From: Azolla caroliniana
Taxonomy: Eukaryota; Plantae; Polypodiophyta
DNA length: 64,000 nucleotides
Assembly (NCBI GenBank): GCA_043228905.1
Contig: JBHGNT010000014.1
Span: forward strand, 6,138,001-6,202,000
Reading direction: 5' to 3'
Made by a program: the position numbers and the translations under genes
The notes under the pieces: model-generated
What the model was told of the DNA's origin: nothing
Databases searched by the model: none
Seen by the model: the letters and a program-made list of their open reading frames with translations, nothing else
Part shown: positions 48,653-60,000 of the stretch, piece by piece
How positions within the stretch are numbered: position 1 is the stretch's first letter
How the letters are laid out: every line of letters starts with the position of its first letter

Positions 48653-51600
48653 ATGATGAGACACGAAGCAAACTCAATGAAACAAAGCACCCCGGGATCG
48701 GACGAGGTGTGGTACATAGACTCCGGCGCGTCAAACCACATGACGAGCCATAAGGAGTGGTTCTCGTACCTTGAAAAACCGACACAACTTGGAGTAGTCG
48801 CAACAGGAGACGACACTCCGCATCCGATCGCGAATGTTGGAGAAGTTCCCGTTAGCCATGTCGGGCAGAAAGGGAAACTCATGAACGTGTTGCACGTCCC
48901 GACAATCACGAAAAACTTGGTCTCGGTCGGACAGATCGTCGACCAAGGGATGGAGGTTCGGTTTACACACCTCGGGTGCTTCATTGAGGAAGAAGGCCGT
49001 GTGATTGCGCAAGGGCACAGAGATGGGAGGATGTTCATCCTCGACTCCACTGACGGCGGCACCGCAATGTTCGCGAAGGGACAAAAGACCGAGTCGGACA
49101 TCGACTTGTGGCACAAGCGGATAGGCCACGTCAACCACCAACGGCTTCAAGATCTGCAATCGAAACAGGTAGTGTTCGGATTGCCCAAGTTTAGTGGCCG
49201 AAAGGCACAAATTTGTGAAGCCTGCCAGCTCGGGAAGCAACACCGACTTCCTTTCCCCAACGAGCGAAACCGGAGCCGGAACAAACTCGACCTTATACAC
49301 TCCGATGTGTGGGGGCCGGCACAAAACGTTAGTCTTGGTGGGAGCCGATATTTCGCCTCCTTCATCGATGACCACACGCGGCACACGTGGATCTACCTCA
49401 TTGAGAGGAAGAGCGAAGTCTTCGACTGTTTCCGTGACCTCAAAGGGTTCGTGGAAACGAAAACAGGACGAAAGATCAAGTGCCTGAGGTTGGATGGCGG
49501 AAAAGAGTACTTTTCCAGTCAATTCAACGGTTATCTACAACAAATGGGAATTCGGCGCAAATTCAGTTGTAGATACACGCCGGAGCAGAACGGTGTGGCC
49601 GAGAGGAAGAATCGGTCAGTTGTGGAAGCGGCACGGGCAATGCTGGAGGAGAAGAGTTTGCCCAAGTTCTACTGGGCCGAGGCGGTAAGGACCGCGGTAT
49701 ACATCCAAAACCGGATTGGAGACAAAGTGTCGGAGCACGAGCTATATTTCGGAACGAAGCCGAACTTGCGACACTTGAGGGTGTTCGGTAGCATTGCATA
49801 TGTGCATATACCGAAGGAGAAAAGGAGGAAGCTGGACGCAAAGGCCGAGAAATGCATCTTGGTCGGTTACTTGGATGAGCAGAAGGGTTATAAGTGCTAT
49901 AACCCTCGCACCAAACAAGCGCGTGTCAGCCGCGACGTGGTGTTTGACGAGTCCGCGTCCTGGTACCCGGCCCCGACTACGAACCTCGACTCCAATCCGA
50001 GCTCTGACGATGAGGTCAGCGAGGCCGAGATGCCTCCGAATGAGCCCGAAATCGAGACCCGCAAAGAGAGTCCGATTTCACTCCGGTTAAGTGGACCAAT
50101 TGGACGACTGAGTCGGTACGATCAGTCCTATAAGGAGCCGGCGAGTAGTGGAGACTCGGCCGTGCATTCCCCGCGCAGGAAGCCGAGGAGACGGCTTACG
50201 CGCAAAGAGAAAGGGAAGAAGAAGGTATCGGATTCTAGCACGGAAAGGAACGAGTCAGACCGACGCGAGTCCGACTCCGAGGGAACCGGTGACAGGTCTT
50301 TAAAGATGAAGACAACGTCGACCGAGAAGGCCTCGACATCGGCTAATGTGAGATTACGCCGATCTACCCACCAAAAGAACCCAGTTGTGCGGTTCGGTTA
50401 CAACGAGTACATGGCGCATCATTATGCGTACATGACCCGTGTAGCGGAAGTGCGTGAGCCGGAGAGCTACGCAGAAGCGGCTAAAGACGCGAATTGGCGT
50501 GCCGCGATGGAGGAAGAGATGCACGCATTGGCGAAGAACGAGACCTGGGACCTGGTTGACGCACCAATAGGGGTAAAACCAATCGGGTGTAGGTGGGTGT
50601 ACAAGGTCAAGTACAACACCGATGGCTCGATCAACCGATACAAGGCTCGGCTAGTGGCAAAGGGCTACGCGCAGAAGCATGGCATCGACTACGATGAGAC
50701 ATTTGCGCCGGTCGCGAAAATGACGACCGTCCGTGTTTTGCTCGCAGTAGCTGTGGTGAAGGGGTGGCACTTACATCAGATGGATGTAAAGAATGTGTTC
50801 CTACAAGGTGACCTTGAGGAGCAGGTGTACATGGTACAGCCCCTCGGATTTCACTCCGGAACGAACTCCTCGGCAGTATGCCGACTGAAGAAGTCCCTTT
50901 ACGGACTGAAGCAAGCCCCGCGTGCCTGGAACGCGAAGATCACGCAACAACTGCGTCGGATGGGCTTCGTCACGTCAAAATCGGACTCTTCCCTGTTCAT
51001 CCGGAAAGGTCGACTCGGACCGGTTAGTATTCTACTATATGTCGATGACTTGGTCATCACCGACGCCGACCTAGGAGAAATCGACCGCGTGAAGCTCCAG
51101 CTTGCGGCATCGTTCGACATGAAGGATCTGGGGGACCTTCATTACTTCCTCGGGATCGAAGTGATTCGTACCCCCGAAGGCATATTGATCAGCCAACGTC
51201 ATTACGTGCTGGGTATGCTCTTCAAATTCGGGATGGCCAACTGTAAGTCCGTCTCGACTCCTCTGGACAGAACCGTCAAGCTTCGTCCCGATACGGGAAA
51301 GGTATGCGACCCAACGAGGTTCCGACAAATTGTCGGAAGCCTCATATACTTGACCATCACCCGACCCGACCTCAGTTATCCGGTCGGGGTGATCAGTCAG
51401 TTCATGGCGCGACCTACCGAGGAGCACCTTCAGTGTGCGCAACGCGTACTGCGGTACGTAAGTGGCACTAAGGACCGCGGACTGCTATATCGGACCGGTG
51501 CAGCCGTGCAGTTAGCCGGCTACACCGATGCTGATTGGGCTGGCAACGCCGCCGATCGCCGATCCATGTCCAGATACGCGTTCTCCCTCGGGAGTGCCGC

Positions 51601-52027
51601 GATCGCGTGGAGCAGTAAGAAGCAGCCGACAGTTGCATTGTCGAGCACCGAAGCTGAGTACCGAGGAGCGGCTGTCGCGACATGCGAAGTCATATGGCTG
51701 AAGCGGCTACTTAAGGACCTGCAGGTGGAGGTGTCAGATCCGACGACGACCTACTGCGACAACCTCAACAACATCCAGCTCGCGAAGAACCCCGTTTTCC
51801 ATGCACAAACCAAGCACATTGAGGTGCACTACCATTTCGTCCGTGAGCGTGTCCTTTCCGGTGAAGTCGAACTTCAGTACGTGCCGACAGATCGGCAGGC
51901 TGCTGACATCTTCACCAAGCCTCTTGGTATGGACAAGTTGCGGCAATTCTCAGGTGCGCTCGGATTGCATCACCTTGATGTGCCAAACTTGAGGGGGAGA
52001 ACAGTCCCGAACGACCAAGCAAGGTAG
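48653..52027 (+). CDS. G Pol (PR, INT, RT, RH), open 1124 aa; the same frame resumes after the TAG and runs to 52525
   Basis: WYIDSGAS, LWHKRIGH, HSDVWGP, QNGVAER, LYVDDL, YTDADWAG, TKHIEVHYHF. Confidence 0.93.
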   Translation: MMRHEANSMKQSTPGSDEVWYIDSGASNHMTSHKEWFSYLEKPTQLGVVATGDDTPHPIANVGEVPVSHVGQKGKLMNVLHVPTITKNLVSVGQIVDQGMEVRFTHLGCFIEEEGRVIAQGHRDGRMFILDSTDGGTAMFAKGQKTESDIDLWHKRIGHVNHQRLQDLQSKQVVFGLPKFSGRKAQICEACQLGKQHRLPFPNERNRSRNKLDLIHSDVWGPAQNVSLGGSRYFASFIDDHTRHTWIYLIERKSEVFDCFRDLKGFVETKTGRKIKCLRLDGGKEYFSSQFNGYLQQMGIRRKFSCRYTPEQNGVAERKNRSVVEAARAMLEEKSLPKFYWAEAVRTAVYIQNRIGDKVSEHELYFGTKPNLRHLRVFGSIAYVHIPKEKRRKLDAKAEKCILVGYLDEQKGYKCYNPRTKQARVSRDVVFDESASWYPAPTTNLDSNPSSDDEVSEAEMPPNEPEIETRKESPISLRLSGPIGRLSRYDQSYKEPASSGDSAVHSPRRKPRRRLTRKEKGKKKVSDSSTERNESDRRESDSEGTGDRSLKMKTTSTEKASTSANVRLRRSTHQKNPVVRFGYNEYMAHHYAYMTRVAEVREPESYAEAAKDANWRAAMEEEMHALAKNETWDLVDAPIGVKPIGCRWVYKVKYNTDGSINRYKARLVAKGYAQKHGIDYDETFAPVAKMTTVRVLLAVAVVKGWHLHQMDVKNVFLQGDLEEQVYMVQPLGFHSGTNSSAVCRLKKSLYGLKQAPRAWNAKITQQLRRMGFVTSKSDSSLFIRKGRLGPVSILLYVDDLVITDADLGEIDRVKLQLAASFDMKDLGDLHYFLGIEVIRTPEGILISQRHYVLGMLFKFGMANCKSVSTPLDRTVKLRPDTGKVCDPTRFRQIVGSLIYLTITRPDLSYPVGVISQFMARPTEEHLQCAQRVLRYVSGTKDRGLLYRTGAAVQLAGYTDADWAGNAADRRSMSRYAFSLGSAAIAWSSKKQPTVALSSTEAEYRGAAVATCEVIWLKRLLKDLQVEVSDPTTTYCDNLNNIQLAKNPVFHAQTKHIEVHYHFVRERVLSGEVELQYVPTDRQAADIFTKPLGMDKLRQFSGALGLHHLDVPNLRGRTVPNDQAR

Positions 52028-53609
52028 CAGGAAAGGAGCGGACGCCGCGACACCGAGTCGGTTGACAAGTTCGACTTCGGATCGGCTGAAGAAGCCGAGG
52101 GCGGACCCGCGGAAAAGTCTGGAAGCGGACAGAAGGGGAGCAACCAAAGGAGAGAACCGAAGCCAACCATGCATGGGGAAGATAACGCCATCGAGGGCGA
52201 GAAGACCGAAGACGAGTTGGAGACAACAAACTCGGACGAGAGCGAAAACCGATCAGAGGTAGCCAAGTCGGTTCGGATGTTTGATTCAAATACGTTGAAT
52301 CAACCGAGGCCCAAGCGGAAGAAAAGGCAGCAGGAGAAGCGTCAACACTGCAACAACAGAAGAGCTGATAAGGGCCACGTGAGCAAACAAGCCAACCGGA
52401 AGGGTCGAAGCGCGCGGAGTCGAATAGGTCGAGGGGCGCGAGCGAGGCGTGAAGCCAGGAGGAACCGGAGCTGTGAGCCCGAGGATCACGAAGAGCCTCG
52501 AGTTGAGCTTGAGGGGGAGTGTTGAGAGACAAGCTCAACATCGGCCGGTTCGGCTGAAGAAGCCGAGGACCGGATCGGTTGTGACCGATAGGTTAGGCTG
52601 AGTACGTAAACCGGGAGGTCGTTAGGAAAGATATTCCGTGAGGAATATATTTGGGAGTTAGTGTAGGAGCTCTTGATGAGCATTGAAGTACTGTCAGTAC
52701 TTCAGTCAGTCCTTCTAGGACTTGTATAAAAGTGTTCACTGAGCACGTCTTATGTACAGACTGAGTATTATTGTTGAATATAGTTTTTTGTGTCTTCTCT
52801 TTCACTCTCTCTGTCTCTCCCGTGTATACCATGTAAGCTCAAGCTCTCCATTAAACCTGAGTGTTCTTCCTTCTGTTCTGTCTTCGTACTTGCTTCCGCA
52901 CGCTACTTTCTTCAAGACGGTTGCGTTGTCAACCACGGAGACGGAGTACTTGGCAATTGTGGAAGCTCGCAAGGAGATAATTTGGATGAAGGACTTTATC
53001 AGAGAGCTAGGGATCCAACAGGAGGAATATCGGTTCTACTGGGATAGTAGTCCCATCCACCTTGCCAAGAATGCGGAGTGAAGGGGGAGATTGTTGGAAT
53101 GTCGGTCCCTGTGGATGGGATCCGGTTATGAATGAAGAGGACCCAGTGAGAATCGGAAGAGAAGACATATTTGTAAATATGTTTTAAGTAAACCTTTTGA
53201 GGATATAAGTATAAATATGAATTAGGGCAATCACTTTGATAGTTGTTGTTGTCATATTGTTGTATAGATAGTTGTTGTTGTCATATTGTTGTATATGCAT
53301 AACTATTGTATAGAGAGAGATACAAAGCAATACTTTGTTGTAACTGCCGGCTGGCGAATGTACAGAGCTCGAGGTCGTTTGCTCCAAGTCTCTGTTTGTA
53401 CCTTTCTTATATAGTGATAGTTTGAAGTTTGTGGGCTCCCGTGGTTTTTTCCCCAGTAGGGTTTTCCACGTAAACATCTTGTGTATCCTCTATCGTTGTT
53501 TGTGTGTGTACGTGCGTTCACTCCCTACTTCCCATTTCTGTGTTTGATTCTCATCGAAGTGATTCAAGACTTGGTTGTGGCCGAGCAATATTCTACGCTA
53601 TTCTCTTCA

Positions 53610-53685
53610 GATGCAATGCGGGCCATCCTTCTATAGTGTACCCCGCCGAATAGCTGGGACAACCTAGTGGTGACTCTCAACAACT
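53610..53685 (+). pseudogene. Short Copia A gag fragment
   Basis: DAMRAILL*CTPPNSWDNLVVTL matches A1 DAMQAIMLMCTLPESWENLVVTL. Confidence 0.7.
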
Positions 53686-54050
53686 GATGCCTATAGAATT
53701 TCAGATACCAAGTTTACGAACACAGGTCCGCGAATGATTGTCAAAAGACCAGTCTAAGGAAATTCGTTTACAACAACTACTCGAATTGGGCAAAGCTAGG
53801 GTCCACAACATGGCGATTCTCGAACACGAGCAGCGGTGACGGAAGACATTCGTAGACCAGCATCGTGGTACCAATGAAAAGCATTTTAAAATTGGGAAAG
53901 TTGTCACATTTTAGACTCGAACCTTTGACTTTTAACACACAGAGTACATTGTGTTGTGTTAACCATATGGAAACTCTTGTGAACTATTCACATTGGATTG
54001 TGAACTTGTATATATTGTAGAGTCTAGTGTACATTCGAGAATATTCTAGT

Positions 54051-57000
54051 CATTAGTATATTCTGACGAGAAATACGCGGAATATCGCTCGGCCATAACT
54101 GGGTAGTAAAACACTTCTATAAGAATCAACCACAAAAATGGGAAGTGAAAAATGACACAGGATGTTTACGTGGAAAACCCTAATAGGGAAAAAACCACGG
54201 GATCCCACAGACTCCGAACTATCACTATGAAGAGAAGGGGTACAATCAGAGACTTGGAGGCAACGACCTCCAGCTCTGTTTCTTCGCACAATGGCGGTTA
54301 CAACAGAGTATGGCTCTGTATCTCTCTCTCTCCCTCTCTCTTTGTCCAACAGTTACATCAACATAACAACAACTCAATCTACGACCACTTATATAAGTAA
54401 TTGCCCTAGGTCATATTTATAGTTATATGAACTTAGGGCTATTTACAAGTATAGCCTCAATGGGCTTATTCAAGACATATTTACAAATCTGTCTTCTCTT
54501 TCGGTTCTCACCCGGTCTCCTTTATTCATTACCGGATCCCATCTAGAGAGACCAATTTCCGAACAATCTCCCCCTTCACTCCAGTATGGGATGTCTTGTC
54601 AGTCCGATCCGCTTCCGGCATGCGTCCAACTTCTCGGGTGTCAACACCTTGGTCAACATATCCGACTTGTTCTCCTCCGTGTGGATCTTCGTTAGCATGA
54701 ACTCTTGAACTTCAACTCGCTCCTGGATCCAATGGTACCTGCGCTGAATGCGCTTCGTTCTGGAATGGTATGATGCGTTCTTTCCAAGGTGGATGGCACT
54801 TTGACTGTTGCAGTAGAGTTGGAATTCCTCTTGTCGAATCCCTAGCTCTCCGATGAAGTCCTTCATCCATAATATTTCCTTGCCGGCTTCCACGGCTGCC
54901 ATGTACTCCGCCTCCGTGTTTGACAACGCAACCGTCTTCTGCAACCTCGACTGCCACGAAACAGCTCCCCCTGCATATGTCATAACATATCCCGATGTTG
55001 ACCGGTTGGAATCTGCATCAGCCGACATATCCAAATCGGTGAAACCGTCAAGTTGGGGTTTACTAGAGCCGAATCCGAGACACATACTTGAGGTACCTTT
55101 CAAGTACCGAAGTATCCATTTTACCGCATTCCAATGCCCCTTGTCGGGATTGCTCATAAACCGGCTCATCACTCCGACCCTGTATCCGATATCAGTCAGG
55201 TACACACCATTGCGTATATTAAGCTCCACACGGTAGAGGAAAATGGTATCTTCATCATATCTGCCTTCTCTGCCTTCGTCTTCAGGCTTTGCTTACCGAA
55301 TAACGTGCAGTTTGCCGAGAGTGTCGATCCGACCAGTTTTGCATCTGACATGTTGAAACGCTGAAGCACCTTTGTCACGTACCTCTCCTGTGACAGCCAC
55401 AATTGCTTCTTTGACTGGTTCTGGATGATATGCATTCCCAATATCTGTCTTTCCGGACCCAAGTCTTTCATTGAGAAGGTCTGGTTGAGAGCCTTCTTCA
55501 GCACCCATATCTTGACTTGGTCTCGTTTGACAATCAACATGTCGTCCACGTACAGGAGGAGTATCAGGAAGTCTCCACCTTCGAACTTCTTCACAAATAT
55601 GTAGTGATCGGCCTGCGTCTTGTGGTACCCTTGATCGGTCATGAAGGAGTCGAACTTCCGGTACCATTGCAGCGGAGCCTGCTTCAAACCATAGAGGCTC
55701 TTCTTCAACCGGCAAACCAAGTGCTCCTTCCCTTTCTTCACAAATTCCTCCGGTTGCTGCATGTAGATCTCCTCTTCGAGGTCGGTGTGGAGGAACGTCA
55801 TCTTCACGTCTAGTTGCTCTACCTCGAGGTCCATGCATGCCGCTATGCTCAGCACCGTCCGGATGGAAGTCATCTTTACTACCGGGGCAAATATCTCGTC
55901 GAAGTCCATGCCCTTCTTCTGCTGGAACCCCTTCACCACGATCCTGGCTTTGTATCTCGGGGGGTTACTGGCATCTCCCGGTTTCAAGTTGTACACCTAC
56001 TTGTTTCTATAAAAGAATACGTTGTGCAGAAGCGTATGTGAAACACAGAGTACATAGGTCGAAGGAACAAGAAAATTCGGTAAAACATAGAAGACGCAGA
56101 GATGGAGAGACGGAGAGAGAGAATTCACAGAAACACAATTAAAAAATAATACTCAATCTATACATACACCGTACTCAGTGAGCACCTTTTATACAAGCCC
56201 TGACAATAGGGCTAACACAAGTACTGACAATACTTGACCGCTCATAAATGAGCCTACTACACAGACTCCCAAAATTATTCCCTTACGAGGAATATCTTTC
56301 TAACGGCCTCGCGGTTTACACACCGCTACGGCCTATTGTGCGCATGGTTTTACGCACGCAGTTTACGCACTGAGTTACGCACCAACTGTTGAGCTTGTCT
56401 CTCAACACCCCCTCAAGCTCAACTTGAGGTTCCGTCCATTCTTCCGGATCTACGCTCCGGTTCCTTCTGGCTTCATGCCTCGCTCGCGCTCATCGACCGG
56501 TTCAATTCCACACGCTTCGACCCTTCCGGTCGGCTTGTTTGCTTGTTCGGCCCTTCTCAGCTCCCTTGCTGTCGCGGTGTCAACATCCTTCGCTGCCCTT
56601 TTTTTCGCATGGCCTTCAGTTGATTCGGCATATCTGAATCGAACATTCCGATTGAATTGAACGCTTCCGATTCAATTCCGCTCTCATCCGAATTGGCTTT
56701 CTCCAATTCGTCTCTTGTCTTTAGGCCTTTGACTACATCAGACCACATCTTAGTCTTGGCCTTTACACCCTTCTTGGTTGTATCTCCCCCTAATTCGGCT
56801 GTCCTCGGCTCTTCCCTACGATTGCGGCCCTTGCTTTCTTCTTCGGCTTCATCAGCCGGTACGAAATCGAATTCTTTATCCGATTCCTCATCACGGTCAC
56901 TTCCGCCGTGATGAACACCTCCGCTCCTTTCACACTCTTGTTCATGTTCGTCTTCCTTTCTCCCCCTCAAGTTTGGCATGTTGAGGTGATGCAACCCTAG

Positions 57001-60000
57001 CTCATCCGAGAAATGTCGTAACTTGTCCAGACCAAGAGGCTTGGTGAAGATGTTCGCAACTTGCCGATCAGTTGGAACATGCACTAGTTCGACTTCACTT
57101 GAAAGGACCCGATCGCGAATAAAATGGTAATGCACCTCAATGTGCTTGGTCCGGGTGAGGAAAACGGGGTTCTTCGCAAGGTGGATACTGCTTAGGTTGT
57201 CACAAAAGATCGTCGTCGGATCAGACACCTCTACCTACAGATCCTGTAATAGCCTTTTCAGCCAAATGACTTCGCACGTAGCGATAGTCACCCCTCGATA
57301 CTCGGCCTCCGTGCTCGACAGTGCCACTATCAACTGCTTTTTGATGCTCCACACGATTGCCACACTTCCTAACGAGAAGTCATATCCGGATGTGGATCTA
57401 CGATCACTAGCGTTTCCGGCCCAATCGGCATTCGTGTAGCTGAATAATTGTTCGGCTATGCCTGCTCGATAGAGCAACGCCATGTCTTTTGTGCCACTGA
57501 CATATCACCATATCCGTTGCACGCACTGAAAGTGTTCGGCCATAGGCTGCGACATGAATTGACTGATTAGGCCGACTAGATAACTAAGATCTGGCCGAGT
57601 AATCGTCAGATAGATAAGGCTTCCGACAATCTATCGGAACCGTGTCGAGTTGCATGCCTTTGCTGAATCTCGGCGAAGATTTGGGTTTCTATCCAGAGGG
57701 GTTGAGATGGACTTACAGTTTGCCATCCCGAACTTGAAGAGCATATTCAGCACGTAATGACGTTGGTTGATCAATATGCCTTCGGGGGTATGGAGCACTT
57801 TGATCCCGAGGAAGTAATGAAGGTCTCCGGGATCCTTCATTTCGAATGGTGCCGCAAGCCGGAGCTTCACACGGTAAATCTCACCTAGGTCGGCACTGGT
57901 GATGACCAAGTCTTCAACATAAAGTAAAACGCTAACCGGCCCGAGTCAACCTTTCCGGATGAATAGTGAGGAGTCTAATTTTGACGTTGCAAAGCCCATC
58001 CGACGCAATCATTGCGTGCTCTTCGCGTTCTAGGTACGTGGGGCTTGATTTAGTCCGTAAAGGGACTTCTTCAATCAGCACACCGCCGAGGTGTTCGTTC
58101 CAGAGTGAAATCTGGGGGCTTGTACCATGTATACCTGTTCCTCAAGGTCACCTTGCAGGAACTCATTCTTTACATCCATCTGATGTAAGTGCCACCCCTT
58201 TGTCGTAGCTACCACGAGCAAAACACGGACGGTCGTCATCTTCGCGACCGACACGAACGTCTCATCGTAGTCGATGCCGTATTTCTGCGTGTAACCTTTA
58301 GCTACTAACCAGGCCTTGTATCGGTTGACTAAGTCGTCAGTGTTGTACTTGACCTTGTACACCCACCTACATCCGATCGACTTCACACCTTTTGCTGCGT
58401 CAACTAAGTCCTAGGTTTCATTCTCTGCCAATGCGCGCATCTCTTCCTCCATTGCGGCAAGCCAATTCGCGTCTTTCGCCGCTTCTGCGTAGCTCTTCGG
58501 CTCACGCACTTCCGCTACTTGCGTCATGTATGCATAATGGTGCGGCATGTACTCATTATACCCGTATCTCTTTACAGGGTTCTTGAGGCGGGTAGATCGG
58601 CATAATTCGTGATTACCCGAGTTCACGTGCTTTTCGGCTACCGTCGACCTCTTCCGGGGAGGTTCCTTTTCAGTTTGCCCGTAGTCAAACTCATTCCGAT
58701 CTGACTCTGGGCTGCCGAAGTCGTATTCCGGCATTTTCTTCTTGCCTTTTTCCTTGCGCGTAAGCCGTCTCCTCAGCTTCCTACGCGGGGAATGCATGAC
58801 TGAGTCTCCACGACTCACTGTCTCATCATCTGGTTGGCCATCTCGGTCCAACCCCTCATTCGGCCCACTTAACTGAAATGAGATTGCACTCTCTCTTAGA
58901 GCTCCGATGTCCTCATCATAAAAAGGCATCTCAGCCTCGCTGACTTCATCTTCAAAAATCGGAATGGAGTCATGAGGTTTTGGAGGTGAAGGCAAGTACC
59001 GCGAAGCAGATTCGTTAAACACGACGTCTCGACTTACGCGTACTTCCTTTGTTCGGGGGTTATAACATTTATACCCCTTTTGTTCGTCTGGATAGCCAAC
59101 TAAGATGCACTTTTCGGCTTTGGCATCCAGCTTCCTCCTCTTTTCCTTTGGCACATGCACATATGCAATGCTACCGAAGATCCTCAAGTGTGCCAAGTTC
59201 GGCTTCTTCCCAAAATACAGCTCATGTGGTGACACTCCTCCATTAGCAGAAGTCTGATTTTGTAAGTAGACAGTCGTCTTCACGGCTTCGGCCCAATAGA
59301 ATTTCGGCATATGCTTCTCTTCAAGCATTGTGTTGGCCGCTTCTTCAATCGTCTGAATCTTCCGCTTGGCTACACTGTTCTGCTCCGGCGTATATCTACA
59401 CGAGAATTCGTGTCGAATTCCCTCCTTCTGTAGATAACTTGTGAACTGGTCGGAGAAGTACTCCTTCTCGCCATCAGACCATAGGCATTTCATTTTACGC
59501 CCTATTTCCCTTTCCACAAGGCTCTTAACCTTTAGGAAACATGCAAAGACTTCGCTCTTCTTCTCAATCATGCATGCCCACATGTGCCGAGTGAAATCAT
59601 CGATGAAGGTTACAAAGTAATGGCTTCCACCGAGACTCGCGTTCTGTGCCGGACCCCACACATCTGAATGGATCAAATCAAGCGGATTACGGCTCCGATT
59701 ACGCTCGTTGGGGAATGGAAGTCGGTGATGTTTTCCCATCTGACAAGCTTCGCAAACTTGGCCATTCCGGCCACGAAATTTCGGCAACCCGAAAACAATG
59801 TTCTTCGTCTGCATTTCATGAAGCCGTGGGAAATTTACATGGTCGAACCACTTGTGCCACAGGTCGATATCCAATTTGACTTTTTGTCCTTTCGCATACA
59901 ACGCGGTTCCAGCTTGATTAGTGTCGAGGATAAACATCCTCCCTTCACGACGCCCTTGCGCAATTACTTTTCCTTCCTCTTCTATGAAGTAGCCGAGATA

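Larger units (their letters stand above)
47274..52914 (+). mobile_element. Ty1/Copia G, full length
   Basis: 395-bp LTRs 47274-47668 and 52520-52914 (about 10 mismatches by eye); TSD AGACG; iMet PBS at 47669-47680; PPT at 52511-52519. Confidence 0.97.
42576..53609 (+). mobile_element. Decayed Copia A copy (INT-RT-RH, PPT, 3' LTR from 53092), internally triplicated and interrupted by G
   Basis: Homologous to A1 pol; RH reads RLQKT|VALSTTE across G; PPT gaagggggaga precedes tgttgg at 53092. Confidence 0.87.

Noticed and set aside
53700-53712. PBS-like TGGTATCTGA on the minus strand
   Set aside because: Only a partial match to the iMet PBS and no adjacent LTR terminus.
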